Part shown: positions 28,150 to 36,819 of the stretch, piece after piece
How positions within the stretch are numbered: position 1 is the stretch's first letter
Layout of the letters: every line of letters begins with the position of its first letter
The notes under the pieces: generated by a model
What the model was told of the DNA's origin: nothing
Database searches by the model: none
What the model saw: only the letters and a program-made list of their open reading frames with translations
Origin: Patescibacteria group bacterium
Lineage (GTDB): Bacteria > Patescibacteriota > Minisyncoccia > GCA-002772825
Direction of reading: 5' to 3'
Assembly: GCA_024654625.1 (NCBI GenBank)
Contig: JANLHB010000016.1
Span: 64,137 to 128,136, forward strand
DNA: 64,000 nt
Program-made: the position numbers and the translations under genes

Positions 28150-28776
28150 ATGAATAATCTAATACAAACAAAAGATGTAGTAAATAAATTTGTTCCATTG
28201 TATGCAAAAGGGGAGTCTTTGGATATTGGTGCCGGGACTGCTAAATATAAAGAGATTATAGAGAGAAATGTGACTTCATATAAAACTAGTGATGTTAACG
28301 ATGTCCCAGGCATTGATTATATTGAAGACATTAAAAATTTAAGCTTTAAAGATGGAAGTTTTGATACTATTTTTTGTTTTCAGGTTCTTGAACATGTTGA
28401 TGATTCAAAAAAGGCGGTTTCTGAAATATATCGATCTTTGAAGGGTGGTGGAGTGTGTATAGCTACTGCTCCTTTTCTTGTTCCTGTTCATAGCGACCCT
28501 GGTGATTTCGGACGTTTTACTGTCGAGGGGTTTAGATCTTTGTTTGAGAAGGAGAATTTCAAAGTATTAGAGTGCGGTCCTTATGGTGGTTTGTTTACTG
28601 TGCTGGGTGAGTTTATAAAGTTTTTGTTTCTAAATCCATATAAAGATAAAAAATATAGCAGACTAAGAAGAGCTATCTTTGGACGACTTATAAGATTACT
28701 CTATTTTTTTGATAGGATAAGGTTTTTAAAAACCCCTGATTTTTATGCTAATGTTTATATGGTTGCCCAAAAGTAA
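28150..28776 (+). CDS. class I SAM-dependent methyltransferase
   Basis: LDIGAGTAKY motif I and a later FQVLEHVDD block. Confidence 0.6.
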   Translation: MNNLIQTKDVVNKFVPLYAKGESLDIGAGTAKYKEIIERNVTSYKTSDVNDVPGIDYIEDIKNLSFKDGSFDTIFCFQVLEHVDDSKKAVSEIYRSLKGGGVCIATAPFLVPVHSDPGDFGRFTVEGFRSLFEKENFKVLECGPYGGLFTVLGEFIKFLFLNPYKDKKYSRLRRAIFGRLIRLLYFFDRIRFLKTPDFYANVYMVAQK

Positions 28777-28786
28777 ATTATAAAAT

Positions 28787-30022
28787 ATGAAGATTTTAAT
28801 TTTACAAGACGATTTTCCTCCAAAAAGCTACGGCGGAGCCGGGGTGGTGGCTTTTAATCTAGCGAAAGGTTTTAAAGATAAAGGAAATGATGTTTATGTA
28901 ATTTCTACTGTGAAAGACAAAGCAGAAGAAGGAAAGGATAAGTATGGAGGGTTTGAAGTCTATAACATATATTCTAATTACCATGAGAGATGGCGTGCTT
29001 ATTTGAGCTTATATAATCCGATGACGGTAATAAAAGTAAAGAATCTTATCAATGAGATAAAGCCAGATGTTGTCTTTGCAAGTAATATACATTTTCATAT
29101 TTCTTATTATTCTTTGAAATTAGCTAAGAAAGGCGAAGCAAAAGTCTTTCTTATTGCGCATGATGTAATGCTCTTTCATTATGGAAAGTTAACGGAGTTT
29201 ATAAATCCATGCGATTTATCTATACCTGATAAATTTAAATATAAAATAAATTTCTTGGAGCAAGTTAAAAAATTCAAGAAAAGATATAATCCTTTACGAA
29301 ATCTTTTTATCAATCACTATCTTAAATATGTTGATAAGATTTTTGCTGTTAGTTTTGCTCTTCAGGAAGCTCTTGAGGGAAACGGGATAAAAAATATCAA
29401 GACTGTTCATGCAGGTATCAATTTTTCTTTGTGGGAGATAGATGAGGGTAAAATAAATGACTTTAAAAAAGAATATGGAGTCCTAGATAAAAAAATTGTT
29501 TTATTTGGAGGTAGATTAAGCGGAGCAAAAGGAGGTAGGGAGATATTAAAAGCGATGATTAAAATTATAGAAAAGGTTCCCAGCGCGGTGCTTTTAGTTG
29601 TCGGAGAAGGAAAAGGGTATGAGAAAGATATGGTTAATACAGCCGAAAAATTTGGACTTAAAGATAGAATCATTTTTACGGGATGGATATTAGGAGACAA
29701 ACTTAAGGCAGCTTATCATTCAAGTGATGTTGTTGTGGTATCTTCTGTCTGTTTTGACTCTTTCCCAGTTATCAATCTTGAGGCTATGGCGTGTGCTAAG
29801 CCGGTGGTGGGGACCTGTTTTGGAGGGACGCCGGAGATAGTGGAAGATAATGTTACCGGATTTATCGTTAATCCTTTCAATACCGAGGTTATGGCGGAGA
29901 AAATCTCTTATCTTCTTTTAAATCCGGAAAAAGCTCGAGAGTTTGGAAAAAGAGGATATAATAAAATAAAGGAGAAATTTAGTATTGATAAATGGATAGA
30001 TAAGTATCTAAAGAATATATAA
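28787..30022 (+). CDS. glycosyltransferase family 4
   Basis: GT-B architecture with a LEAMACAKPVVGT..GG.PE motif. Confidence 0.75.
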   Translation: MKILILQDDFPPKSYGGAGVVAFNLAKGFKDKGNDVYVISTVKDKAEEGKDKYGGFEVYNIYSNYHERWRAYLSLYNPMTVIKVKNLINEIKPDVVFASNIHFHISYYSLKLAKKGEAKVFLIAHDVMLFHYGKLTEFINPCDLSIPDKFKYKINFLEQVKKFKKRYNPLRNLFINHYLKYVDKIFAVSFALQEALEGNGIKNIKTVHAGINFSLWEIDEGKINDFKKEYGVLDKKIVLFGGRLSGAKGGREILKAMIKIIEKVPSAVLLVVGEGKGYEKDMVNTAEKFGLKDRIIFTGWILGDKLKAAYHSSDVVVVSSVCFDSFPVINLEAMACAKPVVGTCFGGTPEIVEDNVTGFIVNPFNTEVMAEKISYLLLNPEKAREFGKRGYNKIKEKFSIDKWIDKYLKNI

Positions 30023-30024
30023 AT

Positions 30025-31578
30025 ATGAATAAAAAAATAATATTTTCAATAATCGCTTTATTTATTTTATCGTTTGGTTTGCGGATAGCGCCAGTCTTGT
30101 ATAAAGGCTACGCGCCGACTGGCTTGCATGATAATTTAATTCTCTCTAGGAATTTGGCAAAAACAGGGGAGTATAAATTAGAAAATGAAAAGAATGTCAT
30201 CCTCGCTTCTTCTAAAGTAAAAGATGAAGGGGTTACTTCATCTTTTGGAAATAAATTAAGTATATTTTTAGAGGCAGAGATTTTTAAATTTTTTGATTTT
30301 AGTCCAAATCTCCCTTTTTATTCTTCTATTTTTCTTTTTGCTTTATCTACAGTTTTAATTTTTCTTTTAGTCTTTAGGATTTTTGGTAATCTTTACTTGG
30401 CATTTTCTGCGGCGCTTTTTGATACATTTATGCCGTTTGTCTGGAAGGGGGCGCTCTTTGCCGGTTCTTATGAATTTGCCAGTGTGTTTTTTCTTTTTGG
30501 TCTTCTGGTCTATTTTTGGAATGGCTTTAAAGAATTATCTTTTTCTTTTAATGATTATGGAGGTGGATTCACCAGAAAAATAACTTTATTTTTGCATAAT
30601 TATACGCAGTTGTTTATTACCGGTATTTTTCTTGGTTTGGCCATCGTTTCTCGCAACGCTTTTATCTTTTCTGTTGCGCCTGTCATTATTTATGAATTAT
30701 ATATAAGCCGTTCTTGGAGAAGGGTGATTATTTTTGCTTTGCCGGTAATTTTAATTTTCGGTTTTTTCGGAGTTTTTAATAATTCTTATATAACAGGTAC
30801 TGACGAATCATTTAGTCGTTTCGGCCACCTTTTCCCGGATCCATATACTTACCACTTTGAGAAAGACGCTTATATAGAAAGTATTGCCGGTTTAAGCGAC
30901 CCGGATCTCTTGGAATTTCAAATTAAATATGGATATGATGTTCCTATCTTAAATCAGGTTAAGGTGTATATTAATTCTGCCGTTTTTTATCCTAAGCAGG
31001 CTTTCTCTATTATAAATTTCGGCGGGCCGTTCTTTCTCTTTTTAATTTTCTTAGGCGGAGCGTATCTTTATAAAGAAAGAAAAGAGTTATTTAAATTTTT
31101 CTTAACCTGGGTATTTTTGTGGTATATTGGGTTGGTTGCCCTAAAGACAAATAATTGGGACCATTTCCTTGAAATACGTTTTGCTATAGTTTTGTTGATC
31201 TCTTTAGGTGTATTGGTATTGATCAAAATGTTTAGCCGGTCTATTGAAAGCAGGCGAAAATATATATTATTTGGAGTTAGTTTGGTGGTTCTTTTGTCTC
31301 TTCAGCTTTTTGTCTCAAACAAATGGATGTTCCACGAGTCCTATGAGACGAGCTTCTTACCGGAGGCGATACCTATTATAGAAGAATTAGCGAAAGAGGA
31401 TATTAGTGACAACGAAGTGATAGGGGTAAGTTTCAATCAAAACGCGCCTCTTCTTTTCAATTATTATCTTGATAAAAATTTTATCTATTTTGCTCCGGAG
31501 ACGATAGATAAATTAAGGGCGGAAGGTAGACTAGAAGAAGTTTTTAGTCAGTTTGGTGTTACAAGACTTATAGAATAA
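30025..31578 (+). CDS. polytopic membrane protein (possible GT-C-type glycosyltransferase or polymerase)
   Basis: More than 10 predicted TM helices and a large C-terminal soluble domain. No diagnostic motif was recognised. Confidence 0.45.
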   Translation: MNKKIIFSIIALFILSFGLRIAPVLYKGYAPTGLHDNLILSRNLAKTGEYKLENEKNVILASSKVKDEGVTSSFGNKLSIFLEAEIFKFFDFSPNLPFYSSIFLFALSTVLIFLLVFRIFGNLYLAFSAALFDTFMPFVWKGALFAGSYEFASVFFLFGLLVYFWNGFKELSFSFNDYGGGFTRKITLFLHNYTQLFITGIFLGLAIVSRNAFIFSVAPVIIYELYISRSWRRVIIFALPVILIFGFFGVFNNSYITGTDESFSRFGHLFPDPYTYHFEKDAYIESIAGLSDPDLLEFQIKYGYDVPILNQVKVYINSAVFYPKQAFSIINFGGPFFLFLIFLGGAYLYKERKELFKFFLTWVFLWYIGLVALKTNNWDHFLEIRFAIVLLISLGVLVLIKMFSRSIESRRKYILFGVSLVVLLSLQLFVSNKWMFHESYETSFLPEAIPIIEELAKEDISDNEVIGVSFNQNAPLLFNYYLDKNFIYFAPETIDKLRAEGRLEEVFSQFGVTRLIE

Positions 31579-31611
31579 TTTTGCTGGTAAGTAATGTTTA
31601 AAATATAATTT

Positions 31612-32352
31612 ATGAATAAAGAAAAAGAAGTGAAAACTCAGGATTTTGTAGCAGACTTTTATGAAAAGGTTCGATATGAGAAAGAATATTCCAGAAAATA
31701 TCATAATTTTTGGTTTGGGAAGATGATGAAAATGGCTCCGCCGAGGGGCTTGGTGCTTGATGCCGGCTGTGGGACAGGAGAAATGATGGAATTCTTGAAA
31801 GAAAATAATTTTGATAATTTTATCGGCTATGACATCTCTTTCAATATGCTTGTTCATGCTAAAAATAGAGCCGAGAGGTTGGTTTGTGCTGATGCGGAGA
31901 ATCTTCCTTTTGCCGATGGCTCTTTTGACGTTATCTATGCTCGCGCGCTCCTGCACCACCTCTTTGATGTGTCAAAGGCCCTGTGTGAGATAAAGAGGGT
32001 TTTAAAGTCGGGTGGAGAAGTTGTGTTTGCTGATACTAATAAATCTTTTGTTAATGATTTGCCGAGGAAGATTATGAACAAGGGTGAGCATTTTGCCGAG
32101 AGCCATAAGAATTTTAAAAGTAGCGAGATAATAGAACTTATCAAAAAAGAATTCAACATCAAGGAGGTTTATTATTTTGGTTATATCGCTTATCCTCTGT
32201 TAGGTTTCCCTGATATGGTCAATATTTACAGATTCTTTCCGGGTAAATTCATCTTGACACCTACCCTCATATTTATTGATAAAATCATCAGTCAAATCCC
32301 GATTGTAAAAAAGCTCGCTTTCGGTATAATGATAAGTGCTAAGAAAAGATAA
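31612..32352 (+). CDS. class I SAM-dependent methyltransferase
   Basis: LDAGCGTGE motif I and a later ALLHHL block. Confidence 0.65.
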   Translation: MNKEKEVKTQDFVADFYEKVRYEKEYSRKYHNFWFGKMMKMAPPRGLVLDAGCGTGEMMEFLKENNFDNFIGYDISFNMLVHAKNRAERLVCADAENLPFADGSFDVIYARALLHHLFDVSKALCEIKRVLKSGGEVVFADTNKSFVNDLPRKIMNKGEHFAESHKNFKSSEIIELIKKEFNIKEVYYFGYIAYPLLGFPDMVNIYRFFPGKFILTPTLIFIDKIISQIPIVKKLAFGIMISAKKR

Positions 32353-32354
32353 AT

Positions 32355-33080
32355 ATGCCTGAAAATTTTGAAAAGATACAAGAATCAAATGAAAACATAG
32401 AGAAAGAACCAAAACCTTTTTCTACTTTGGTGTTACTCGGAGGTCCGCTTAAGGAAAATGAAAAAAGAGGTTTTCAGTATGATCAAGAGGGCGGCCTGGA
32501 ATATGAGTATAAAGATGGAGGTTGGCAACTTGGAAGATGGGCGAAGATGAGAGCTATTGCCGCTTCGGATCTCATTGAAAGGGATTTGGTTGATAAGCTT
32601 ATCATTACAGGTGGCAAGAATTGGGGAGAAGAGAATCCTTCGGCAGCAGAGGTGATGGCCGAATTTATAAAAAGGAAGATTGAGAAAGACACTAAAGAAG
32701 AAGTAATTTTCCCTAATGATAAGATAATATTGGCAGATAAGTATCATGATACAGCAAGTAGTTTAAAACAAGTTTTGGATGATTTGCCCAAGGAAGATAT
32801 CGAGAAGATTACTTTTCTGACCAATGAGTTTCATTTAAAAAGGAGTAAGCAGTCTTTAGAAAACCTAGGATTTAAAGAAAAGGATATTGAGGGGATAGAT
32901 GCGGAAAAGATTTTAACTGAAAGATCAGATCATTATAAATCTTTTGTTAAGAAATTTAATAGAACACCTGATACTATTAAACAAGAAATTTTAGAAGTGA
33001 TCGGTCGTGGCATTATGTCCGTCCGTGGAGAGAAACTTATAAAAGCTTTGGCTGATTTAATAAGAAAAGATAAAAAATAA
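32355..33080 (+). CDS. DUF218/YdcF-ElyC-like protein (tentative)
   Basis: LVLLGGP and a later IITGG block resemble DUF218 signatures. This is weak, motif-level evidence. Confidence 0.35.
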   Translation: MPENFEKIQESNENIEKEPKPFSTLVLLGGPLKENEKRGFQYDQEGGLEYEYKDGGWQLGRWAKMRAIAASDLIERDLVDKLIITGGKNWGEENPSAAEVMAEFIKRKIEKDTKEEVIFPNDKIILADKYHDTASSLKQVLDDLPKEDIEKITFLTNEFHLKRSKQSLENLGFKEKDIEGIDAEKILTERSDHYKSFVKKFNRTPDTIKQEILEVIGRGIMSVRGEKLIKALADLIRKDKK

Positions 33081-33084
33081 TAAT

Positions 33085-34548
33085 ATGAAAAAAATAATTT
33101 TTATAAACCCGCCCACGCCCGAACTTGGGGTAATGGTTATAAGAGATTTGGACCGCTCTGGCCGAAAGACGCGCGAGAAGACAATCTGGCCACAGACAAA
33201 CCTGGCTTATTTGGCAGCGGTTATGAAGGATAAAGGTTTCAGCGTAGACCTGATGGATTGTATTGCTGACGAGATTCATTGGAGTGAGCTAGGAGGGAAT
33301 TTTGAGGAAATTATAGATAAGAAAAAACCGGATTATATCCTTTTTAATGCTATAAGCTCCACTATCTCAAATGATATGAGAGTAGCGAGTATTGCTAAGA
33401 AGGTTGGCGCCAAGAGCATCGCTGTCGGTTCTCATGTCACTGCTTTGCCGAAAGAGAGTATAGAGAAATTCAAAGACCTTGATTTTGTAATTGAAGGCGA
33501 AGCTGAGGAGACTCTGTCAGAGCTTGTGGATGTTGTTGAGAAAGGAGGAGATTTATCTCTCGTGAAAGGTATTGCTTACAGAAAAGAAAGCGGGGAAGCT
33601 ATTGCTAATGAAAAGAGGCCTTTGATAAAAGATCTTGATTCTCTCCCTATCCCTCTTCATGAGCTTATGCCTATAGAGAAGTATAATCTTCCTTTTATCG
33701 GCTCTAAATTTACTTTCGTTACAGCTTCGAGGGGGTGCCCTTTCCGTTGTATGTTTTGCCGTTCGCCGATTGCTTGGAATAGAATTTTTAGGCAACGTTC
33801 AAATGACAGTATTCTTGCGGAGTTAAGATACCTAAAGAAGCTTGGCATTAAAAATATTTTATTTCACTCAGATACTTTTACTGTAAATAAGAAAGAGATT
33901 ATTGAGTTATGCAAAAGAATGGTTAATGAAAATTTAGGTATAAGATGGATGTGTAACTCCAGAGTAGATACTGTGGACTTTGAAACGCTTGAGTGGATGA
34001 AAAGAGCCGGATGCGAGATGGTAATGTTTGGCCTAGAGTCAGGTTCTCAGAAAGTTTTAGATAATGCCAGGAAAGATATTACCATAGAGAAGATACGAGA
34101 GAGTGTTAATAATGCCGCCCGTGCCGGTATCAAGGTGTGGGGTTACTTTATAATAGGTCTACCCGGAGAAAATAAGGGAACTGTAGATGAGACAATCAAG
34201 TTAGCTAAAGAATTACCCTTAACTCTGGCTAATTTTGCAGTTGCTTCTCCTTACCCTGGTACGGATTTCTTTAAGCTTGTCACTGAAGAAGGCTGGCTTA
34301 CAAGCAGTAACTGGGAAGATTTTGATCAGAATTATTCAGCTATCGTAGATTATCCTGATTTCTCAAGTGAAGAGATTGTAAATAGCATGAAAAGGGCTTA
34401 CAAAGAGTTTTATTTAAGACCAAAAGCTGTCTGGAATATGCTAAAAGGAATAAGAAGTTTCCACGATGTTAAGGTCTTAACTGACGTTGCTTGGACGCAC
34501 CTTAAGTGGATTCTTTTCTATAAAAAATCCGCAAAGCCAGCCAAATAA
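33085..34548 (+). CDS. B12-binding-domain radical SAM enzyme (class B-like)
   Basis: An N-terminal Rossmann-like cobalamin-binding region is followed by ASRGCPFRCMFC (CxxxCxxC) and the radical-SAM core. Confidence 0.7.
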   Translation: MKKIIFINPPTPELGVMVIRDLDRSGRKTREKTIWPQTNLAYLAAVMKDKGFSVDLMDCIADEIHWSELGGNFEEIIDKKKPDYILFNAISSTISNDMRVASIAKKVGAKSIAVGSHVTALPKESIEKFKDLDFVIEGEAEETLSELVDVVEKGGDLSLVKGIAYRKESGEAIANEKRPLIKDLDSLPIPLHELMPIEKYNLPFIGSKFTFVTASRGCPFRCMFCRSPIAWNRIFRQRSNDSILAELRYLKKLGIKNILFHSDTFTVNKKEIIELCKRMVNENLGIRWMCNSRVDTVDFETLEWMKRAGCEMVMFGLESGSQKVLDNARKDITIEKIRESVNNAARAGIKVWGYFIIGLPGENKGTVDETIKLAKELPLTLANFAVASPYPGTDFFKLVTEEGWLTSSNWEDFDQNYSAIVDYPDFSSEEIVNSMKRAYKEFYLRPKAVWNMLKGIRSFHDVKVLTDVAWTHLKWILFYKKSAKPAK

Positions 34549-35457
34549 ACTATTTACAAAAAAAGTAAAAAGAATTAAGACGGAGAATGATATTGCCTCA
34601 GGGCTAGACAGTCCTATTTGAGAAAATAAAAATATCAATGATATGTCTCTTGTACCTATCCCCGATATGGAGATCGGTATTAAGTTAAGTGATGTAATTA
34701 TGGCAGCTATCAAGAAGGCGGTCAGTAAATCGATCTTTAGGTTGAGTGCTACGGTCAATAAATATAATTGGAAGAAATAAAAACCCCAAGCGACGAGAGT
34801 TATCAGTAAATTTTGGATGATGAGGATCGTCGGTTTTTTAAATGAAGCAAACAGATCGTCAATCTCTTTTTCAGCTATATCTTGGATTTTAGAATGAGTG
34901 ATACTCTCTTGGCGTTTAGCAAGCTTCTTTAGTATCTTGAATAAAACTTTCTTTAATATATTTTTATTTAGAACAAAGATCAAGATAATGATTATTATTA
35001 TTCCCAGCATCGCTGTCAGAACATAAGTGATCCCATTGATATCTTTGAAAAATAGCAGTACGCCTGTAATCCCGAGCAGTAGAATCGTCACCATATCAAA
35101 TAATCTGTCAAAGATGACGCTGGCCGCCGATTTGCCCCAGGAGATATGCTTCTTATTGAGAAAGAGTATTTTTACAAGTTCGCCTAGTTTGGCCGGTGTG
35201 ATTGCTCCCCAGAAGACTGCGTAGAAATATATAAAAAGAGACTCCATGAAAGGTATATTCACCCCTTCGTTTTTTAGTAATTTTTGCCATCTTATATTCC
35301 TCAAAATTATGGCTGGTATGCCCAAGAGTAGAGATAAGAAGATGATAAAGACATTGGCGCTTAGCGCTATCTCGAGACTCTTGTTTATATCTATTCTGTA
35401 TAAGACGATGGCGAAAATGACGAGGCCGATAAATTGAAAATAGTGCTTGAAGGTCAT
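34477..35457 (-). CDS. UPF0104/lysyl-PG-synthase-TM-domain-like membrane protein (flippase-like)
   Basis: About 8 TM helices. It is directly coupled (ATG/stop overlap) to the GT2 gene 35457-36320, an arrangement common for this family. Confidence 0.4.
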   Translation of the reverse strand: MTFKHYFQFIGLVIFAIVLYRIDINKSLEIALSANVFIIFLSLLLGIPAIILRNIRWQKLLKNEGVNIPFMESLFIYFYAVFWGAITPAKLGELVKILFLNKKHISWGKSAASVIFDRLFDMVTILLLGITGVLLFFKDINGITYVLTAMLGIIIIIILIFVLNKNILKKVLFKILKKLAKRQESITHSKIQDIAEKEIDDLFASFKKPTILIIQNLLITLVAWGFYFFQLYLLTVALNLKIDLLTAFLIAAIITSLNLIPISISGIGTRDISLIFLFSQIGLSSPEAISFSVLILFTFFVNSLFGWLCGFFIEKNPLKVRPSNVS

Positions 35458-36320
35458 TATTTTTCATTTCTCATTATTGTGGATGTCTGGTCGGCCAAGA
35501 GTCCGTTAAAGAAGATTAAGAAACTGGTCAGAAGGATGAGAAGTCCGGATATCGGGAATTTCCCAAAGGATACTATCCCATATAGAGAGAATGACACCCC
35601 CAGCAGAAATAGAACAAAACTGGCCGGTAAAAATATTTTGAGGGGATTGAAAAGCATTATCATCCTTAATATCAGGAGAATTGTTTGGAGTCCGTGTTTT
35701 GTCTTAACAGTACTCTTTGATTCTTCATTCCTTTTGTTTATGGTTATTGGAATATATTTTACATTCAGCCCTTCTCTGAAGAAAGCCAATGTTATGGTTG
35801 TTGTGAGGGAAAATGAGTTAGGAAAGAGATGCATGAATCTAAAGAAGCCGCTCTTTTTTACCAATCTAAAACCTGAGTTTAGGTCTGGTATTTCTGCGTT
35901 GACTAAATATTCGGCTAGCGCTTTTAAAAATCTTTTACCTGGCTGTCTAAAGGTAGGGCCTTTGTAAGCCGTTCTTTCTCCTACAATCATGTCGTAATTG
36001 TCAGTGTGCTCTAAAAGCTCAAGTATATAATCTGTTTTGTGCTGTCCGTCTGAGTCAAAAAACATCACCCAATCATAAGATGAATTTTTAACGCCGGTTT
36101 TTAGCGTCGCTCCGTATCCGCGGTTTTTGTCATGAGTTATGAGTTTGATACCTTCTATTTGTTTTAATACATTTTTAGTTTTTTGGTTTGACCCGTCATC
36201 AACTGCTATTATCTCATGCTCTCCTGTGTTTTTATTTAAAAAAGTTTTTAAGTCTTCAAGAGTGCGTCTTGCGCTTTCGCCCTCATTATAGACAGGTATT
36301 ATGATTGAAAATTTTACCAT
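35457..36320 (-). CDS. GT2 glycosyltransferase, DPM1-like with C-terminal membrane anchor
   Basis: FSIIIPVYNE and IIAVDDGSNQKT (DxD) motifs. Confidence 0.75.
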   Translation of the reverse strand: MVKFSIIIPVYNEGESARRTLEDLKTFLNKNTGEHEIIAVDDGSNQKTKNVLKQIEGIKLITHDKNRGYGATLKTGVKNSSYDWVMFFDSDGQHKTDYILELLEHTDNYDMIVGERTAYKGPTFRQPGKRFLKALAEYLVNAEIPDLNSGFRLVKKSGFFRFMHLFPNSFSLTTTITLAFFREGLNVKYIPITINKRNEESKSTVKTKHGLQTILLILRMIMLFNPLKIFLPASFVLFLLGVSFSLYGIVSFGKFPISGLLILLTSFLIFFNGLLADQTSTIMRNEK

Positions 36321-36547
36321 ATTAGTTATTTTTTATATTTTTAATTTAAAAGTATTGGGATTTCGTCCTTTATTTCATATTTTTTCCCGCATTTTAGACA
36401 GAGGAGACTATTCTCTTTATCGTTGTATTCCAGCTTTCCTTTATCTGTTGGACAGACTAATATTTGGAGGAGATTCGGATTAATTTCTTTTTTATTTTGA
36501 TTGTCTTTCATAAACAATTAAATTCTATACTTATTTTGGCGTTTTGA

Positions 36548-36578
36548 CAATTGGTTCTGATTGTTATATTTTATAGAG
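36548..36578 (+). promoter_or_regulatory. sigma70-like promoter (TTGACA ... TATATT) for the ferredoxin gene
   Basis: TTGACAattggttctgattgttaTATTTT upstream of the ATG at 36583. It lies in a 260-bp divergent intergenic region. Confidence 0.4.
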
Positions 36579-36582
36579 ATAT

Positions 36583-36819
36583 ATGTCTAAAAAAAAGACA
36601 AAAATATATCAGGACCATGAGGGGTGCATAGGCTGTGGGAGCTGTGTGGCTGTTTGCCCTAAATTCTGGAAGATGGGCGATGACGATAAGGCGGAGATAA
36701 TAGGCGGAAAGAAGAATGAGAAAGGGGATTATGAGCTTGATATTGACGAAGTCGGTTGCAATAAAGACGCTGAAGAAGCTTGTCCGGTGCAAGTTATTAA
36801 AGTTATGGAAAATAAATGA
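36583..36819 (+). CDS. small [4Fe-4S]/[3Fe-4S] ferredoxin
   Basis: CIGCGSCVAVCP cluster motif plus a distal C...CP. Confidence 0.6.
   Translation: MSKKKTKIYQDHEGCIGCGSCVAVCPKFWKMGDDDKAEIIGGKKNEKGDYELDIDEVGCNKDAEEACPVQVIKVMENK

Noticed and set aside
36301-36483. 60-aa ORF in the divergent intergenic region between GT2(-) and the ferredoxin gene.
   Set aside because: It is AT-rich promoter DNA, has no RBS, and its composition is unlike neighbouring genes.
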